A stretch of 64,000 bases of DNA from Prevotellaceae bacterium UBA1743 (GCA_002314945.1 DCHV01000072.1:991-64990); one strand, 5' to 3'; counted from the stretch's first letter, positions 1-11,173 are shown. Numbers and translations: made by a program. Notes: generated from the sequence alone by a model not told the origin.

Positions 1-3000
1 ATGCGGCGATTACTTCTGGCACTGTCACGGCGGACAAATTCAATACTGCTTACGTCTGCCTGGAAACGCTCAATATCGGCGAGGACTACATCGTTGCTGG
101 CGACCTGATTTCTTCCACACGCTATGATTCCTTCTCGGATGACCAGAAGAAGAAATTCTCGGGTGCCCACGTATGTACCTCCGCTGGTTACTACGGTGGT
201 ACCAAATACGATGGCTCTATCAACTACGATGCCCTGAAGGCATGGTGTGACCTCGCTGCCGTGGATCGCAACAAGTTCACGTTCAACAACGATGCTTTCG
301 ACCTCTTCCTGAAAGATCTCGATCCCAATGCAAAAATTTCTGAGTATGACAAGGCAGGCACTGACTACTACTCACAATCTCTGCCTATCGAATATACGGC
401 TATTGCTGTGAATGATTTCACATACGTGGACAAGGACGGTAAGACTGTCAAAGTCGCCAAGGATTCGAAATTGTCTAACAATGATTTCGAAAGCAACATT
501 CCCAACGAGAAGGTTCACTATGCCAGCTTTACGTTCAGCTCAGCTGCAGAAACTGCCTACGTCGTGAAAAACGAATTCATGTCTGGCAACACTTCCTACA
601 GTGTGGGTAAGCAACTCACAGAATTGGAATACAGCCAGTTGGATGACGCATTGAAAAAGGCAAACGTGACGGAAATTGCCAAGAGCAGTCTGACGGATCC
701 AGGTGATGGCAAATACACCTATTACTATTGCCGCGATGCGTACACGGTGAACGAGGCTGGTGAAGGTGTGAATGTCACCAATGACTGTGGCACGAAAACG
801 ACCTACACCAAGGGTCAGACGGTGCCTGTGGGTACAATCATAACCAAGGACAACTATGCGAACCTGAAGAACCTACAGTTGAACTATCGTGTCACAGGTA
901 TCTCACCCGTGGAGACCAGTACCCTGTATGTGGCACGTGATGCCAGCATGAACGATGTCATCAAGGATCGTATCATCACCCTCATCTACAAGTACGAGTA
1001 CGAGGAGAGCAATACCGATGGTACACAGGTTGAGCTCGTATCGGAGCGACACGTGGTGAATATCCACCTCGACTTCCGTAGCGGTTCGCCCAGCGTGGGC
1101 CGTCTGCAGGTGCCCGGTGCCGTGCTACCCGGTACGACAGTGGGTATGAAACAGCCTTCCGTAACCAAGGGTGCCTACGAAATCCTCGGTGGTGGATGGG
1201 AAATCTATGACAATGAGTCGGATGCGGTGAACCATCAGAATGGTCAGCCCTTCGGCAGCAACAATTCGGAGATCTATTTCTACCAGTCTGGTCGCTATGT
1301 GGCTTACTATGCCAAGACATATACGGGTAAGACGTACAGCAACGCCGTGCCGCTCACAGTAGCCAACTACCATAGCATCAACGATGTGATGGCTGATACG
1401 AAACACCACATGTATATCGACCATCCCGATGTACCTCGCAACTGCAAGATCTACATCGACAACGATGATTCGAAGTCGGATCCTACCAAGAACGAGCTTG
1501 ACCTGCTGAAGGATCTCTACGACCTCAGCCTCACTTCTGCACTCAGGGATAATGTGAAGGGCTGTAAGAACCTCGACTTTATCCTGCAGGAAGATGTCAG
1601 TCCGAAGGCATACACCGACTGGACGCCCTTAGGCTCTTCTACTCAGTGCTTCGGCGAAGGTGGTTACTTCCACGGTGATGGTCATGCCATCACGGGCCTG
1701 AACAACCCGCTCTTCGACTACTACTGCGGTAGTATCTTCAACACAGGTGTCAAGGGTACCTTCTCTGGCCCCGGTATCGCCAAGTCGGAAGGTGCATACG
1801 CTGCCAACTGCTGGACGTGGAGTGAGAATGCAGCAGGACACGAAGGTAAGCCTATCTTTGGCAATGCTACGCCCAACATCTACAACTGCTACTACTGCGA
1901 GGCAGACGATGCTACGGATAAGTACGATGCCGCAGGTGCCACACGCAAGACGGAAGAGGCCTTCGGCAATGGTGAGGTGGCCTTCGACCTGAACCGCTAC
2001 TACCTGACGAAGCGCTACACTGATCAGTTGAGCACCCAACCTGCCAACAAGTACAACTACTACAGCATCAATCCATCCAACAATTCCTTGGTTCTGCACA
2101 AGCAGGAGAAGGGCTTCGAGGATGCAGATGCGAATATTACAGTATCTTACAAGGATGACAAGGGCGTGACTCAGACCAAGAAGATGAGCTATCCCGAATT
2201 CCGACTCTGGGACGGTGACTTCGTGAATGCAGACTGTGAAATCCATTCTCTGGTGGATGAGCGCTACGACGATGGCAACTACTATCCCATCTATCCGGAT
2301 GACTACCTGTTCTTCGGTCAGAGCCTGACCTACGGCTTCGTGAACGGACAGCCTCATGGAACCTATCCTACGGCCCTGGCTCGTACCAAGGAAAACCGAG
2401 TGCTGCTGGAAAACGAATCGACCAACCGCGTATATCGTGCTCCAGGCTACGAAGGTAACATGGAGAAGAAGGTGGTTCACTTCAATGCCAACTGTGTTGT
2501 TCCTGACCACTATGGTAAGGAAATATCCAGGACAACGGACAAGACGGTGAAGACAGCATCTCAATTAGGTTTTGCTATCACGATGACGGGCTCGAATATC
2601 GAAGTGACGAAGGAGACTCTCACCAATGGTAATATCAAGACGGTGACTACCACCACCCTGGATGATATGCAAGCGCAGACACGAACAATCACCACGGAGA
2701 CGGTAGAGAGCAAGCCTACGGATGTATATCCCAACCTGACTGCCATCGACTTTACGGGCAAGGATGACTACGCCTATGCCGAGGGTGTTTCCAACAACGT
2801 ATTCTATACGCCTATCCTAGACTACCGTACACTCATGGGCTTCGCCAACCCCGAGCAGAGCCGCAACATGCTCGTCTATGCCAACAGCACAGCCGATGCC
2901 AAGGGTTACAAGGCACTGTCCAACTACCTGTTCGAACCTACACTGAAGTTCACCAACGAGGACTACAAGAACATCCCACGTATATCGGATGCCGTAAGCA

Positions 3001-4157
3001 GTGCAGTTCAGGGTCACCTGATCGACAAGAACAGCAGTGGCGAGTATGTGACGGATCGCAACCACTTCCTGGTGGATGAGAATAACTTCCACTGTCCTAT
3101 CGCCTACAAGATGGGGGCAGACAAGCGAATGTGGTACCAGCGTACACCATGTACCTTCGCGGATGGCACGAACAAGGGTTACGAATCCATCATCCTGCCG
3201 TTCAACGTGGAATTGGTTTCTGCCCATCAGAAGGGTGAGATCACTCACTTCTATAGCAACGACCAGGCCAACCATGAATACTGGCTCCGCGGCTTCCAGG
3301 GCTACGACTCTACCAAGGATCAGCTGAAGTTCATCCGCCCGATGGCAACAGGCGAGGGTGCCGACACACGCTACAACACGGCTGCAAAGTACGAGGTGAA
3401 GAATACCTTCCTCTACGACAACTACTATAGCAACAGTTCCAGCCAGGATGCCAACAAGGATGAGTTCCAGGAATACTACGAGGAGCCTCGTGAATATACC
3501 GACTACATCCAGATGTCGGAGAATGTGCCCTACATCATGGCGTTCCCAGGCTCGAAGTACTACGAGTTCGACATGTCGGGCAACTTCATACCTGCCAACA
3601 CCTTTGCTACGATAGGCAAGCTTGAGAAGCAGAATGTATCGTTCTGCTCTGCCCCTGGTGCGACAATCAAGGTCCTCCCAGGTGCCACTACCGACTTGGC
3701 TTCTACACACGATGGCGTCACCTTCCAGGGTATCTTCCAGAAGCGTGACATGAAATCCGAAACGGACGTACGCATCCTCACGACCGAGGGTGACAAGTTT
3801 GCAGATAAAGATTATATCTACCTCGACCGTCCTGTGGGTCAGCAAGCATTGACTGAGATGCAACCCTTCCACGCTTACCTGAAGAAAGGCCCTGGTGGAG
3901 TGAAGGAATTCACCATCGGTGAGGACGCAAGCTATGTCATCGACACGGATGCCTTCACAGGCGATATACGTGTCAGTGCAGAGGATCGCACCATCATCAT
4001 CGAGAACTGCGACTCCAAGGAGGTGAACGTATGCATCGTGAATGCAGCAGGTCAGCTACAGGCCGTCCGCACGCTACAACCCGAGGAAATAGTGAAGGTC
4101 CCCGTTCACGTAGCAGGAATCTATTTGGTTAATAACGAAAAGATACAAGTGAAATAA
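1..4157 (+). CDS. Large secreted cell-surface protein, 5' end outside the window, with T9SS (Por) C-terminal sorting domain
   Basis: Track ORF 261..4157 begins at an internal GTG. The same frame (codons from nt 3) has no stop back to nt 1, so the gene starts upstream. The last ~70 aa (IRVSAEDRTIIIENC...VNAAGQLQ...AGIYLVNNEKIQVK) look like a T9SS type-A CTD. FHGDGHAITGL...GSIFNTGVKG resembles GLUG/beta-helix adhesin modules. Confidence 0.85.
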   Translation, partial: AAITSGTVTADKFNTAYVCLETLNIGEDYIVAGDLISSTRYDSFSDDQKKKFSGAHVCTSAGYYGGTKYDGSINYDALKAWCDLAAVDRNKFTFNNDAFDLFLKDLDPNAKISEYDKAGTDYYSQSLPIEYTAIAVNDFTYVDKDGKTVKVAKDSKLSNNDFESNIPNEKVHYASFTFSSAAETAYVVKNEFMSGNTSYSVGKQLTELEYSQLDDALKKANVTEIAKSSLTDPGDGKYTYYYCRDAYTVNEAGEGVNVTNDCGTKTTYTKGQTVPVGTIITKDNYANLKNLQLNYRVTGISPVETSTLYVARDASMNDVIKDRIITLIYKYEYEESNTDGTQVELVSERHVVNIHLDFRSGSPSVGRLQVPGAVLPGTTVGMKQPSVTKGAYEILGGGWEIYDNESDAVNHQNGQPFGSNNSEIYFYQSGRYVAYYAKTYTGKTYSNAVPLTVANYHSINDVMADTKHHMYIDHPDVPRNCKIYIDNDDSKSDPTKNELDLLKDLYDLSLTSALRDNVKGCKNLDFILQEDVSPKAYTDWTPLGSSTQCFGEGGYFHGDGHAITGLNNPLFDYYCGSIFNTGVKGTFSGPGIAKSEGAYAANCWTWSENAAGHEGKPIFGNATPNIYNCYYCEADDATDKYDAAGATRKTEEAFGNGEVAFDLNRYYLTKRYTDQLSTQPANKYNYYSINPSNNSLVLHKQEKGFEDADANITVSYKDDKGVTQTKKMSYPEFRLWDGDFVNADCEIHSLVDERYDDGNYYPIYPDDYLFFGQSLTYGFVNGQPHGTYPTALARTKENRVLLENESTNRVYRAPGYEGNMEKKVVHFNANCVVPDHYGKEISRTTDKTVKTASQLGFAITMTGSNIEVTKETLTNGNIKTVTTTTLDDMQAQTRTITTETVESKPTDVYPNLTAIDFTGKDDYAYAEGVSNNVFYTPILDYRTLMGFANPEQSRNMLVYANSTADAKGYKALSNYLFEPTLKFTNEDYKNIPRISDAVSSAVQGHLIDKNSSGEYVTDRNHFLVDENNFHCPIAYKMGADKRMWYQRTPCTFADGTNKGYESIILPFNVELVSAHQKGEITHFYSNDQANHEYWLRGFQGYDSTKDQLKFIRPMATGEGADTRYNTAAKYEVKNTFLYDNYYSNSSSQDANKDEFQEYYEEPREYTDYIQMSENVPYIMAFPGSKYYEFDMSGNFIPANTFATIGKLEKQNVSFCSAPGATIKVLPGATTDLASTHDGVTFQGIFQKRDMKSETDVRILTTEGDKFADKDYIYLDRPVGQQALTEMQPFHAYLKKGPGGVKEFTIGEDASYVIDTDAFTGDIRVSAEDRTIIIENCDSKEVNVCIVNAAGQLQAVRTLQPEEIVKVPVHVAGIYLVNNEKIQVK

Positions 4158-4166
4158 GATAGAATC

Positions 4167-7100
4167 ATGAAATATAGCAAAAAAATGAATAAGATATCTT
4201 CTTCTTTGAAACGTGTTGTATTACTGCTTTCCCTGCTCGCTGTGGTGGGGGAAGTTTGGGGAACGAATTATATATTCAAGTCTGGGGATTACTATATGGG
4301 TGTCAGCGGAGGCTCGCTTGTTGGTAAGACAACGTTTGACTTGACTTGTATCTGGACCTCTTGTAATGGACAAGGAGAAGAGCAAAATGCGGGCACAAGT
4401 ACCAGTAATCTATGTGCGTTTTATGCACTCGAGGGTTCAAAGCGTTATTATTTGGACTATGAAAGTGATACCAATCATAAACTCATCACCTCATCTTCAG
4501 CTTATAAAAAGTTCTATTTGGATGGTTCCACCTTTAAATTTATAGGTCTTACAGCTGCCACAATATATTATGTAACTTGGAATGATAGCAGATGGGAAGG
4601 AAGAACAAATTCAGGCAAAGGTAAACATCCCTCCATCACAACAGAGTCTGCTCGTGGCACTACTCAAACAGCTACAAGATCATACGAGATTAAAACTTTT
4701 TCTCTTACCCCAACAGCAGTGACTTTTTCAGAGCTGAATCAAAGTCAAACTTTTACCGCATCAGCAACAGCTGAAAAAACGGAGAGGCCATCATATTACC
4801 AGATAACGTTAGATGGTACTAATTATTACATTAATGCGTCGAATCAAGCGAGATACACTTCTGCACCTTCTTCCAGTTCTTCTACCACAGGAGTTTCCTA
4901 TACATGGACTTTACCGACGCTCAATTCATATACCTCAAACTCCTCAAGTGGGAATACTGCTACTATGAAGTACAGCACGGGTAATTACACGGGCTCAGAC
5001 GTTAGTGGTGAAGTGTCTTTGAAGGTATATTGTACAGATAATACAGGAACGTACAAAACAACCACTGCAACGGTCACAGTAAAATCGCTACCTACCTTCT
5101 ACTACTTGCCCAGTGCTTCCGTGAATATAACAGGGAAAAATCTTACCGCAGCGACCGATCCCTCTACACAAGGCTCTATTCAAGGAACGACATCTGGTCA
5201 AACTAGCGCTACCACGACAGTAAAATATACGGCTACTGTTCCAAGTGATAAATCGAACCTTTACAAGTTCGGATATTGGAGTACCTCCGAAGATGGCACC
5301 AGTTTATCCACAGATAATCCCTACAACTATAGCGCTACGATCACTTCCAAAGACTCAGGAAGTCCCACAACTGTTTCCCTCTGGGCTAATTTCAAACCCT
5401 TGAGCAGATTGAAGGTCATCTCCAAGCCTACAGGATTCGGATATGTGTCTAGTGTAGGTGATAGTCCTTACTCTGGTACAGATTTTACTTCTACCGAAGA
5501 TGTTACCACAAGAGATGATGGTAAATCGCATACCATGTACATGTATGCGAGACCTAAACAATCCACCACCTCGAGCGGAACTTTGGATCAATACCGTTTC
5601 AAGGGATGGTCTTCTACGGGAAGCCTGACCAACATAGATGGTGGTACTACGGCAATGGGACAAACCGTAACCGTAGGAAGTCCTGAATACAAGGAATTCT
5701 ATGCCATGTTCGTGGCCTTCTATAAGTTCCAGATTACGGCCATTCCAGTAAGCAATGGTTCGGCAAACAGTACAGCAGGTGGTACGGTGAATGCCACCTT
5801 TACCGAAGGACAGACACATACGACCGACAATGCAGATGTGGAAACATCTACCGATGCCACTAAGGGAACTAAGATGGCTATCTTCACTGCCACAGCAAAG
5901 ACCGCTGACGGGTATCAATTCGAAGGATGGTCCGAAACAGCCAATGGAGACATTAAATATAAGGATAATCCCTACAAACCTACTTTGGAAAATTCATCTA
6001 CGGGTACAACGTTATCCTATCCGCTCTATGCACGATTCGTAAAGATGGATCCCCCAGAATCCATCAGCATCGGAAATGATCGTGTGGAAGACCTTGCAAC
6101 AGGTACCATCACGATACCATATACCGTGACACCCGACAATGCCTATACGCTGAAGAATATCAAATACAAGTCCTCCAACACAGCCGTTGCCACGGTAGAT
6201 GAAACGACAGGTGAGGTAAAGTTCGTCGGCGTAGGTGAGACCAACATCACAGCGACGGCCTATAAACAGGATGGTACTTCTCCCGCTTGCTCAGCCACCA
6301 TCAAACTGACCATCAAATCGAAGATGCCAAATCCCGAGGTGGATGTGACGGCAGACCCCGACAACCTCGATCAGGCAAAGGTGACAATCACAGCAGGAGA
6401 GTATTCGCCCGCTGGCACGAAGATCTACTACACCACAGATGGCTCGGAACCCACCGCAAGCAGCACGGAATATACGGATCCCTTCTATATCCAGAACGGA
6501 ACAACAGTGAAGGCTATCGCTCCCGGTATCAATGCCAACTGGATGACTTCAGACATCATCTCGAAAATCTACTCCAAGCAGAAGACGGCTCGTGTACAAA
6601 TCGACGTGAATGGCAACGAGGTAACCTTCAACAGCTCCAGCGAGCCGAATGTAACCTACTACTATACCACGGATGGCACCACGCCAACCAATACGCATGG
6701 TACAGCATGGACTAGGACTAACCCCGTTGTTCCCATCAAACCTGAGAACGATGTAGATATCAAGGTGATCGCCCTGAAGACGGGCCTCGGCCCCTCTGAC
6801 GTGGCTACACAACACTTCAACCGTGTACAGATTCCTACACCTGAAATCCAAATTGCAGGCGACCGAGTATGGTTCCTCTGCGGCGAGCCTGGCGTAACCT
6901 TCTACTACACCACGGACGGCTCCACACCTACCACAAGCAGCACAAAGTGGAATGGCGATGAAATAACAAACATTGCCGACAACTCCACCATCAAGGTCTA
7001 TGCCGTAAAAAAGGGTTATCAAGACTCCAAGCCAGCGGAGAAGAAGAAACTTCCAGCCAATGTGGTGTATCTGGATTTCGCCAGTGGCAATGATAGCAAT

Positions 7101-10100
7101 GATGGAAAGACAGCCACAACGGCCAAGAAGACATTTGCTGGTGCATACGCTGTATTGGGTTTCGGGCCAAACGCCAAATATCTAAGAGCAAATTGGGCAA
7201 AAAATGGTTTGACTACCTTGTCTGGACACACATGTTTTGATGGTACTACAGATGAAGACTTTAATAATACGGTTGATAACAACATCATCTATCTAGTGGG
7301 TGATGTATCGGCCACTAATTTAACGAACCTGTTTAATAAAACTGGAACTGCCAGCAGCGAGACCATCTTGATGAGTAGCGTCCTGTCTTCTGGTTTCTTC
7401 AAGCCGGCAACTATCTCTGGTAGATATGCAACAAAGGGTTCTGCATCTGATGGTCGTCCTGTTGTCGGACTTTCCGCAAGTGACAACCACATCCTGAATG
7501 AGGATACCCGCTTTGAATATGTGGAATTCGAGGGTAGTTCAAGCGGTACTAATGAAACCCAATTCCTTTTGGCCTACTATGACTTGGAAATGGGAAAATG
7601 CATCACAAACAAAGGCTTCCTCTCGACCAAAAAATTCTCCACCTATCATCATGGATACGCACAAGGCGTTACGAATACAGCTCACATCCTGTTCTATGGA
7701 GGTCATCAGAATGACTCGCGTTTTACCAGCGGTACCAAGGAATTACAGTTCGACGACTATCTGCCACATCCCGATGGCTACAAGATTACCATCCGTTCTG
7801 GCTATTTCTCCACCATCTCTCCTGGCGGTAAGCAGTGGAACAGTAACATCAATGGAGTGATGGGATCGCCGAATACACCTGTAAAATGTACCATCACGGT
7901 AGATGTTGACCGATATTGGAATGACCAACACAAATCAGGTGTATTGCGTGACCAGTCTTCGATTGGTGATCCTGACTGTGATGTGGCTGTGCTTATCGCA
8001 GGAACGCACGAAGGTAGTATATATGGCGATGTGGATATCATCGTGAAGAGCGGCCGTGTGGATCGTGTCGTGAACGGAACCTTCGGTGCCCATAATCAGA
8101 TTACGGGCTATCCCTGCGACTCCTATTTCGGACGTGCCAATATCCTGATTGATCCCCGTGAACCATCGACAGATGAAGCAGCAAGCTATCCCACGAAGGA
8201 TGATCTCGTGGTAATCCGTGAATTGTACGGAGGAGGTTTGGGACGTTACAAGAGTACTTCCGGTACTGCCGAAGCTGCCACAAACTTCTACGGAAAGAGT
8301 ACGGTAACCATCAATGGCGGTACCTTCTCCTCTGCTATCTATGCATCAGGTGCGGGTGGTTGTAACGGTATTGGTGATGACGCGCATCATACCGTGGACA
8401 AGTATATTCCATACGGTGGTAACACATCGGCTCCCACCTACGGTGACTATACTGCTTGGAAGGCTGCTGGAACAAAAACGGTAGTGAAGTGCATGAATTC
8501 CGATGGTAACAGAGAGGATATCGATCTTGCCAAGACAAGCACCAAGATAGAAATCCATGGTGGTAAATTCGGCTCCTCCACTGATCCGATTGACGGTATC
8601 TTCGGCGGAGGCTATGGCTATGTGGATAAAGAACTTATCGCAGATGGTGTACCAGCTCATACACAGGCAGGTTCTATCTTTGCTGCAGCAGGTGAACTGG
8701 CCTCCAGCGTAACCATAGACGGGCACACCGAAATCTATGGCAATGTATATGGCGCTGGTCGCGGTACCAATTATTATGTGGAAAAAGGAAAATCAGGCTA
8801 TACTGCCTTGGCCCTAATCAGCGGTAACACCGAACTGACCATCGGAGGCCATGTGAAAGTACATGGTAGTGTATTTGGTGCAGGTGAGGGAATATCCACG
8901 CTGGAGAATATGGCTCGCCTCTATGGTGATTCCAAGGTGACTATCCAGGATTATGCGCATATCGAGGGTGGCGTATATGGCGGTGGCCAAGATGGTTCAA
9001 TGGACGGAAATCTGGAACTCCATCTCTTGGGCGATGCCAAGATTGGCACTGACGAGAAGCGTGCCAATGTACATGGTGGTGGCTATGGTTCCACAACTAC
9101 GGTGGGTGGCAACGTGGATGTACACCTGGGTGACAGCCAATCCGACGAACCTTTCATCTATGGTGATATCTATGGCGGTAGTGCCTTGGGTAAGGTAAAC
9201 ACATCTGCCTCGAATACGACCAAAGTGACGCTGGAAAGTGCCACGGTATATGGATCGGTATATGGCGGTGGCTTGGGTGACGCAACTACGGCTGCCGACG
9301 TGAACGGTAAGGTTCAGGTGAGGGTGAATGCAGGTAGCGTGAAGAAGACCTCCGTTTTAGGCTCGGGTGGCGTATATGGCTGTAACAACGTGAACGGTAC
9401 GCCGAAGAGCACTGTGGAAGTGGATGTATATGGCACGGATCCTATTCCTGCCGATGCAAGCTATGCCCTCTATGCTGTATATGGCGGTGGTAATCAGTCT
9501 GCCTATACCGGTACACCAATAGTGAGAATCCATAAATGCGACAACAGCATCGAGTATGTATATGGTGGTGGTAATGCGGCACCAGTAGCGGGCACGGATG
9601 TCACTATCTATGGTGGCGACATCATCGGAAATGTATTCGGTGGTGGTAACGGCTCCAGCGAAGGTTGGCCCTCAGGCACAGAAAATCCAGGTGCCAACGT
9701 GACAACCAACGGTACCAAGGTGAAGATATACGGTGGTAAGATTCTCAGCGTATTCGGCGGAAGCAACACCAAGGGTCTCATCACAGGCGGCACATCGGTA
9801 GTGGTGAACGGACAGGATGAAAATGGGAAATATCTCAACCTATGTTCCATGGATGTGGATGATATCTATGGCGCAGGCAACAATGCTCCCATGACGGGCG
9901 ACACGAAGGTGGAAATCCTGAATGTGACGGGTACGGTAGGCAATGTATTCGGAGGCGGTAAGGGTGCCACAGCTGTCGTAACGGGTAATTCTGATGTCAT
10001 CATCGGTGACTGGGACAAAGATCATAATGCGTATGTAGCAGGTAATGTCTATGGCGGTGGCGACAAGGCTCAACTGACAGGTACAGCCAAAGTGACGCTG

Positions 10101-11090
10101 AACGATTGTGCCTCTATAATCGATGGTGATGTATATGGTGGAGGTAACGAATCTCTCGTAGGCCACACCAATGTGACGGCATGGGGTAGTACGGTGAAGG
10201 GTGACCTCTACGGAGGAGGCCGTGGTACGGATGCCGTAAGTGCCGACGTAGGTACTACAACGGTTGCTGGTAATGCTACGACCAATGTCTATGGCGGTAG
10301 CTATGGTGGCATCTTCGGTGGTGGTAATATCAAGAGTGACATCTTCGGAACTGCCAAACTCTTTATCGACGAAAAAGCATGTACTGCCACTGATGCCACG
10401 AAGTGTGACTTCTCCGCCGGTGAAGTATATGGCGCAGGTAACAAGGCAAAGATCTCCGGTACAATAGATTTCAGCTTAGGCTGTATCCATGGCAAGATTG
10501 ATGAAATATATGGTGGTGCCAAGGAAGCTGACATCGACAACGATGTGGTGCTGAATATCACGAGCGGTAAGTTCGGAAGTGTATTCGGTGGCAACAATTT
10601 GGGCGGTACGATAACGGGAACTATTACCGTGAATGTACAACATACCGGCTGTGAACCAATCGAGATAGAGAATCTCTTCGGTGGTGGTAACCTGGCTGAC
10701 TATACCGTACCTACTTCGTCAACCGACAAGAACTTCCCGAGAATCAATATCAAGACGTGCGGTCTATCTTCACCCGATTGGGTGAATGATGGTAAAAATC
10801 AATTCCACTGCCTGAAGATCGGTACTATCTACGGAGCAGGAAAGGGTGAAAACGGTAATGACAAGGGTAAGGTGACAGGTAACCCGACCATCAACGTGAA
10901 TGCAGGCGAAATCGGCACTATCTTCGGTGGTGGTAACACGGCTGACGTAGATGGCGACACGTACGTAAATGTGATAGACAAAGACAAGACGGACGAACAG
11001 GATATCTACATTACTGGCAATGTCTATGGCGGTGGTAGTGCTGCCAACGTGACAGGCAACACGCATGTACAAATAGGTGAGCCAAAATAA
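4167..11090 (+). CDS. Giant (2307 aa) secreted multidomain surface protein: Listeria-Bacteroides repeats, Big_2, three chitobiase/Fn3-associated modules, long (V/I)(Y/F)GGG beta-helix repeat region
   Basis: N-terminal signal peptide (LLLSLLAVVGEVWG). GYxFxGW-type motifs (YKFGYWSTSEDG, YRFKGWSSTG, YQFEGWSETANG). Big_2-like segment (YKSSNTAVATVDETTGEVKFVGVGETNITA). Three YYTTDGSxPT modules. Roughly 25-30 degenerate VYGGGN-type repeats by my count. Lies 9 nt after the upstream gene. Confidence 0.9.
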   Translation: MKYSKKMNKISSSLKRVVLLLSLLAVVGEVWGTNYIFKSGDYYMGVSGGSLVGKTTFDLTCIWTSCNGQGEEQNAGTSTSNLCAFYALEGSKRYYLDYESDTNHKLITSSSAYKKFYLDGSTFKFIGLTAATIYYVTWNDSRWEGRTNSGKGKHPSITTESARGTTQTATRSYEIKTFSLTPTAVTFSELNQSQTFTASATAEKTERPSYYQITLDGTNYYINASNQARYTSAPSSSSSTTGVSYTWTLPTLNSYTSNSSSGNTATMKYSTGNYTGSDVSGEVSLKVYCTDNTGTYKTTTATVTVKSLPTFYYLPSASVNITGKNLTAATDPSTQGSIQGTTSGQTSATTTVKYTATVPSDKSNLYKFGYWSTSEDGTSLSTDNPYNYSATITSKDSGSPTTVSLWANFKPLSRLKVISKPTGFGYVSSVGDSPYSGTDFTSTEDVTTRDDGKSHTMYMYARPKQSTTSSGTLDQYRFKGWSSTGSLTNIDGGTTAMGQTVTVGSPEYKEFYAMFVAFYKFQITAIPVSNGSANSTAGGTVNATFTEGQTHTTDNADVETSTDATKGTKMAIFTATAKTADGYQFEGWSETANGDIKYKDNPYKPTLENSSTGTTLSYPLYARFVKMDPPESISIGNDRVEDLATGTITIPYTVTPDNAYTLKNIKYKSSNTAVATVDETTGEVKFVGVGETNITATAYKQDGTSPACSATIKLTIKSKMPNPEVDVTADPDNLDQAKVTITAGEYSPAGTKIYYTTDGSEPTASSTEYTDPFYIQNGTTVKAIAPGINANWMTSDIISKIYSKQKTARVQIDVNGNEVTFNSSSEPNVTYYYTTDGTTPTNTHGTAWTRTNPVVPIKPENDVDIKVIALKTGLGPSDVATQHFNRVQIPTPEIQIAGDRVWFLCGEPGVTFYYTTDGSTPTTSSTKWNGDEITNIADNSTIKVYAVKKGYQDSKPAEKKKLPANVVYLDFASGNDSNDGKTATTAKKTFAGAYAVLGFGPNAKYLRANWAKNGLTTLSGHTCFDGTTDEDFNNTVDNNIIYLVGDVSATNLTNLFNKTGTASSETILMSSVLSSGFFKPATISGRYATKGSASDGRPVVGLSASDNHILNEDTRFEYVEFEGSSSGTNETQFLLAYYDLEMGKCITNKGFLSTKKFSTYHHGYAQGVTNTAHILFYGGHQNDSRFTSGTKELQFDDYLPHPDGYKITIRSGYFSTISPGGKQWNSNINGVMGSPNTPVKCTITVDVDRYWNDQHKSGVLRDQSSIGDPDCDVAVLIAGTHEGSIYGDVDIIVKSGRVDRVVNGTFGAHNQITGYPCDSYFGRANILIDPREPSTDEAASYPTKDDLVVIRELYGGGLGRYKSTSGTAEAATNFYGKSTVTINGGTFSSAIYASGAGGCNGIGDDAHHTVDKYIPYGGNTSAPTYGDYTAWKAAGTKTVVKCMNSDGNREDIDLAKTSTKIEIHGGKFGSSTDPIDGIFGGGYGYVDKELIADGVPAHTQAGSIFAAAGELASSVTIDGHTEIYGNVYGAGRGTNYYVEKGKSGYTALALISGNTELTIGGHVKVHGSVFGAGEGISTLENMARLYGDSKVTIQDYAHIEGGVYGGGQDGSMDGNLELHLLGDAKIGTDEKRANVHGGGYGSTTTVGGNVDVHLGDSQSDEPFIYGDIYGGSALGKVNTSASNTTKVTLESATVYGSVYGGGLGDATTAADVNGKVQVRVNAGSVKKTSVLGSGGVYGCNNVNGTPKSTVEVDVYGTDPIPADASYALYAVYGGGNQSAYTGTPIVRIHKCDNSIEYVYGGGNAAPVAGTDVTIYGGDIIGNVFGGGNGSSEGWPSGTENPGANVTTNGTKVKIYGGKILSVFGGSNTKGLITGGTSVVVNGQDENGKYLNLCSMDVDDIYGAGNNAPMTGDTKVEILNVTGTVGNVFGGGKGATAVVTGNSDVIIGDWDKDHNAYVAGNVYGGGDKAQLTGTAKVTLNDCASIIDGDVYGGGNESLVGHTNVTAWGSTVKGDLYGGGRGTDAVSADVGTTTVAGNATTNVYGGSYGGIFGGGNIKSDIFGTAKLFIDEKACTATDATKCDFSAGEVYGAGNKAKISGTIDFSLGCIHGKIDEIYGGAKEADIDNDVVLNITSGKFGSVFGGNNLGGTITGTITVNVQHTGCEPIEIENLFGGGNLADYTVPTSSTDKNFPRINIKTCGLSSPDWVNDGKNQFHCLKIGTIYGAGKGENGNDKGKVTGNPTINVNAGEIGTIFGGGNTADVDGDTYVNVIDKDKTDEQDIYITGNVYGGGSAANVTGNTHVQIGEPK

Positions 11091-11130
11091 AATCGAAGTC
11101 ATCCATTGATGATTCGGCTTCTGCTTATAG

Positions 11131-11173
11131 AATCCTAATTCTCCATCGAGGGAATTAGGATTTTTCTTTTTTT
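11131..11173 (+). terminator. Rho-independent terminator after the giant surface-protein gene
   Basis: An 11 bp perfect stem, AATCCTAATTC (11131-11141) / GAATTAGGATT (11152-11162), is followed by TTTTTCTTTTTTT. Confidence 0.85.

Noticed and set aside
1629-3872. Long antisense ORFs (1629..2564 and 2817..3872, minus strand) inside the first surface-protein gene
   Set aside because: Both are fully overlapped by a much longer plus-strand ORF with domain-like content. Their translations are Val/Arg/His-rich with no motifs, which is the usual shadow-ORF pattern. The same reasoning rejects 5355..5918, 6549..7022 and the other short ORFs inside 4167..11090.
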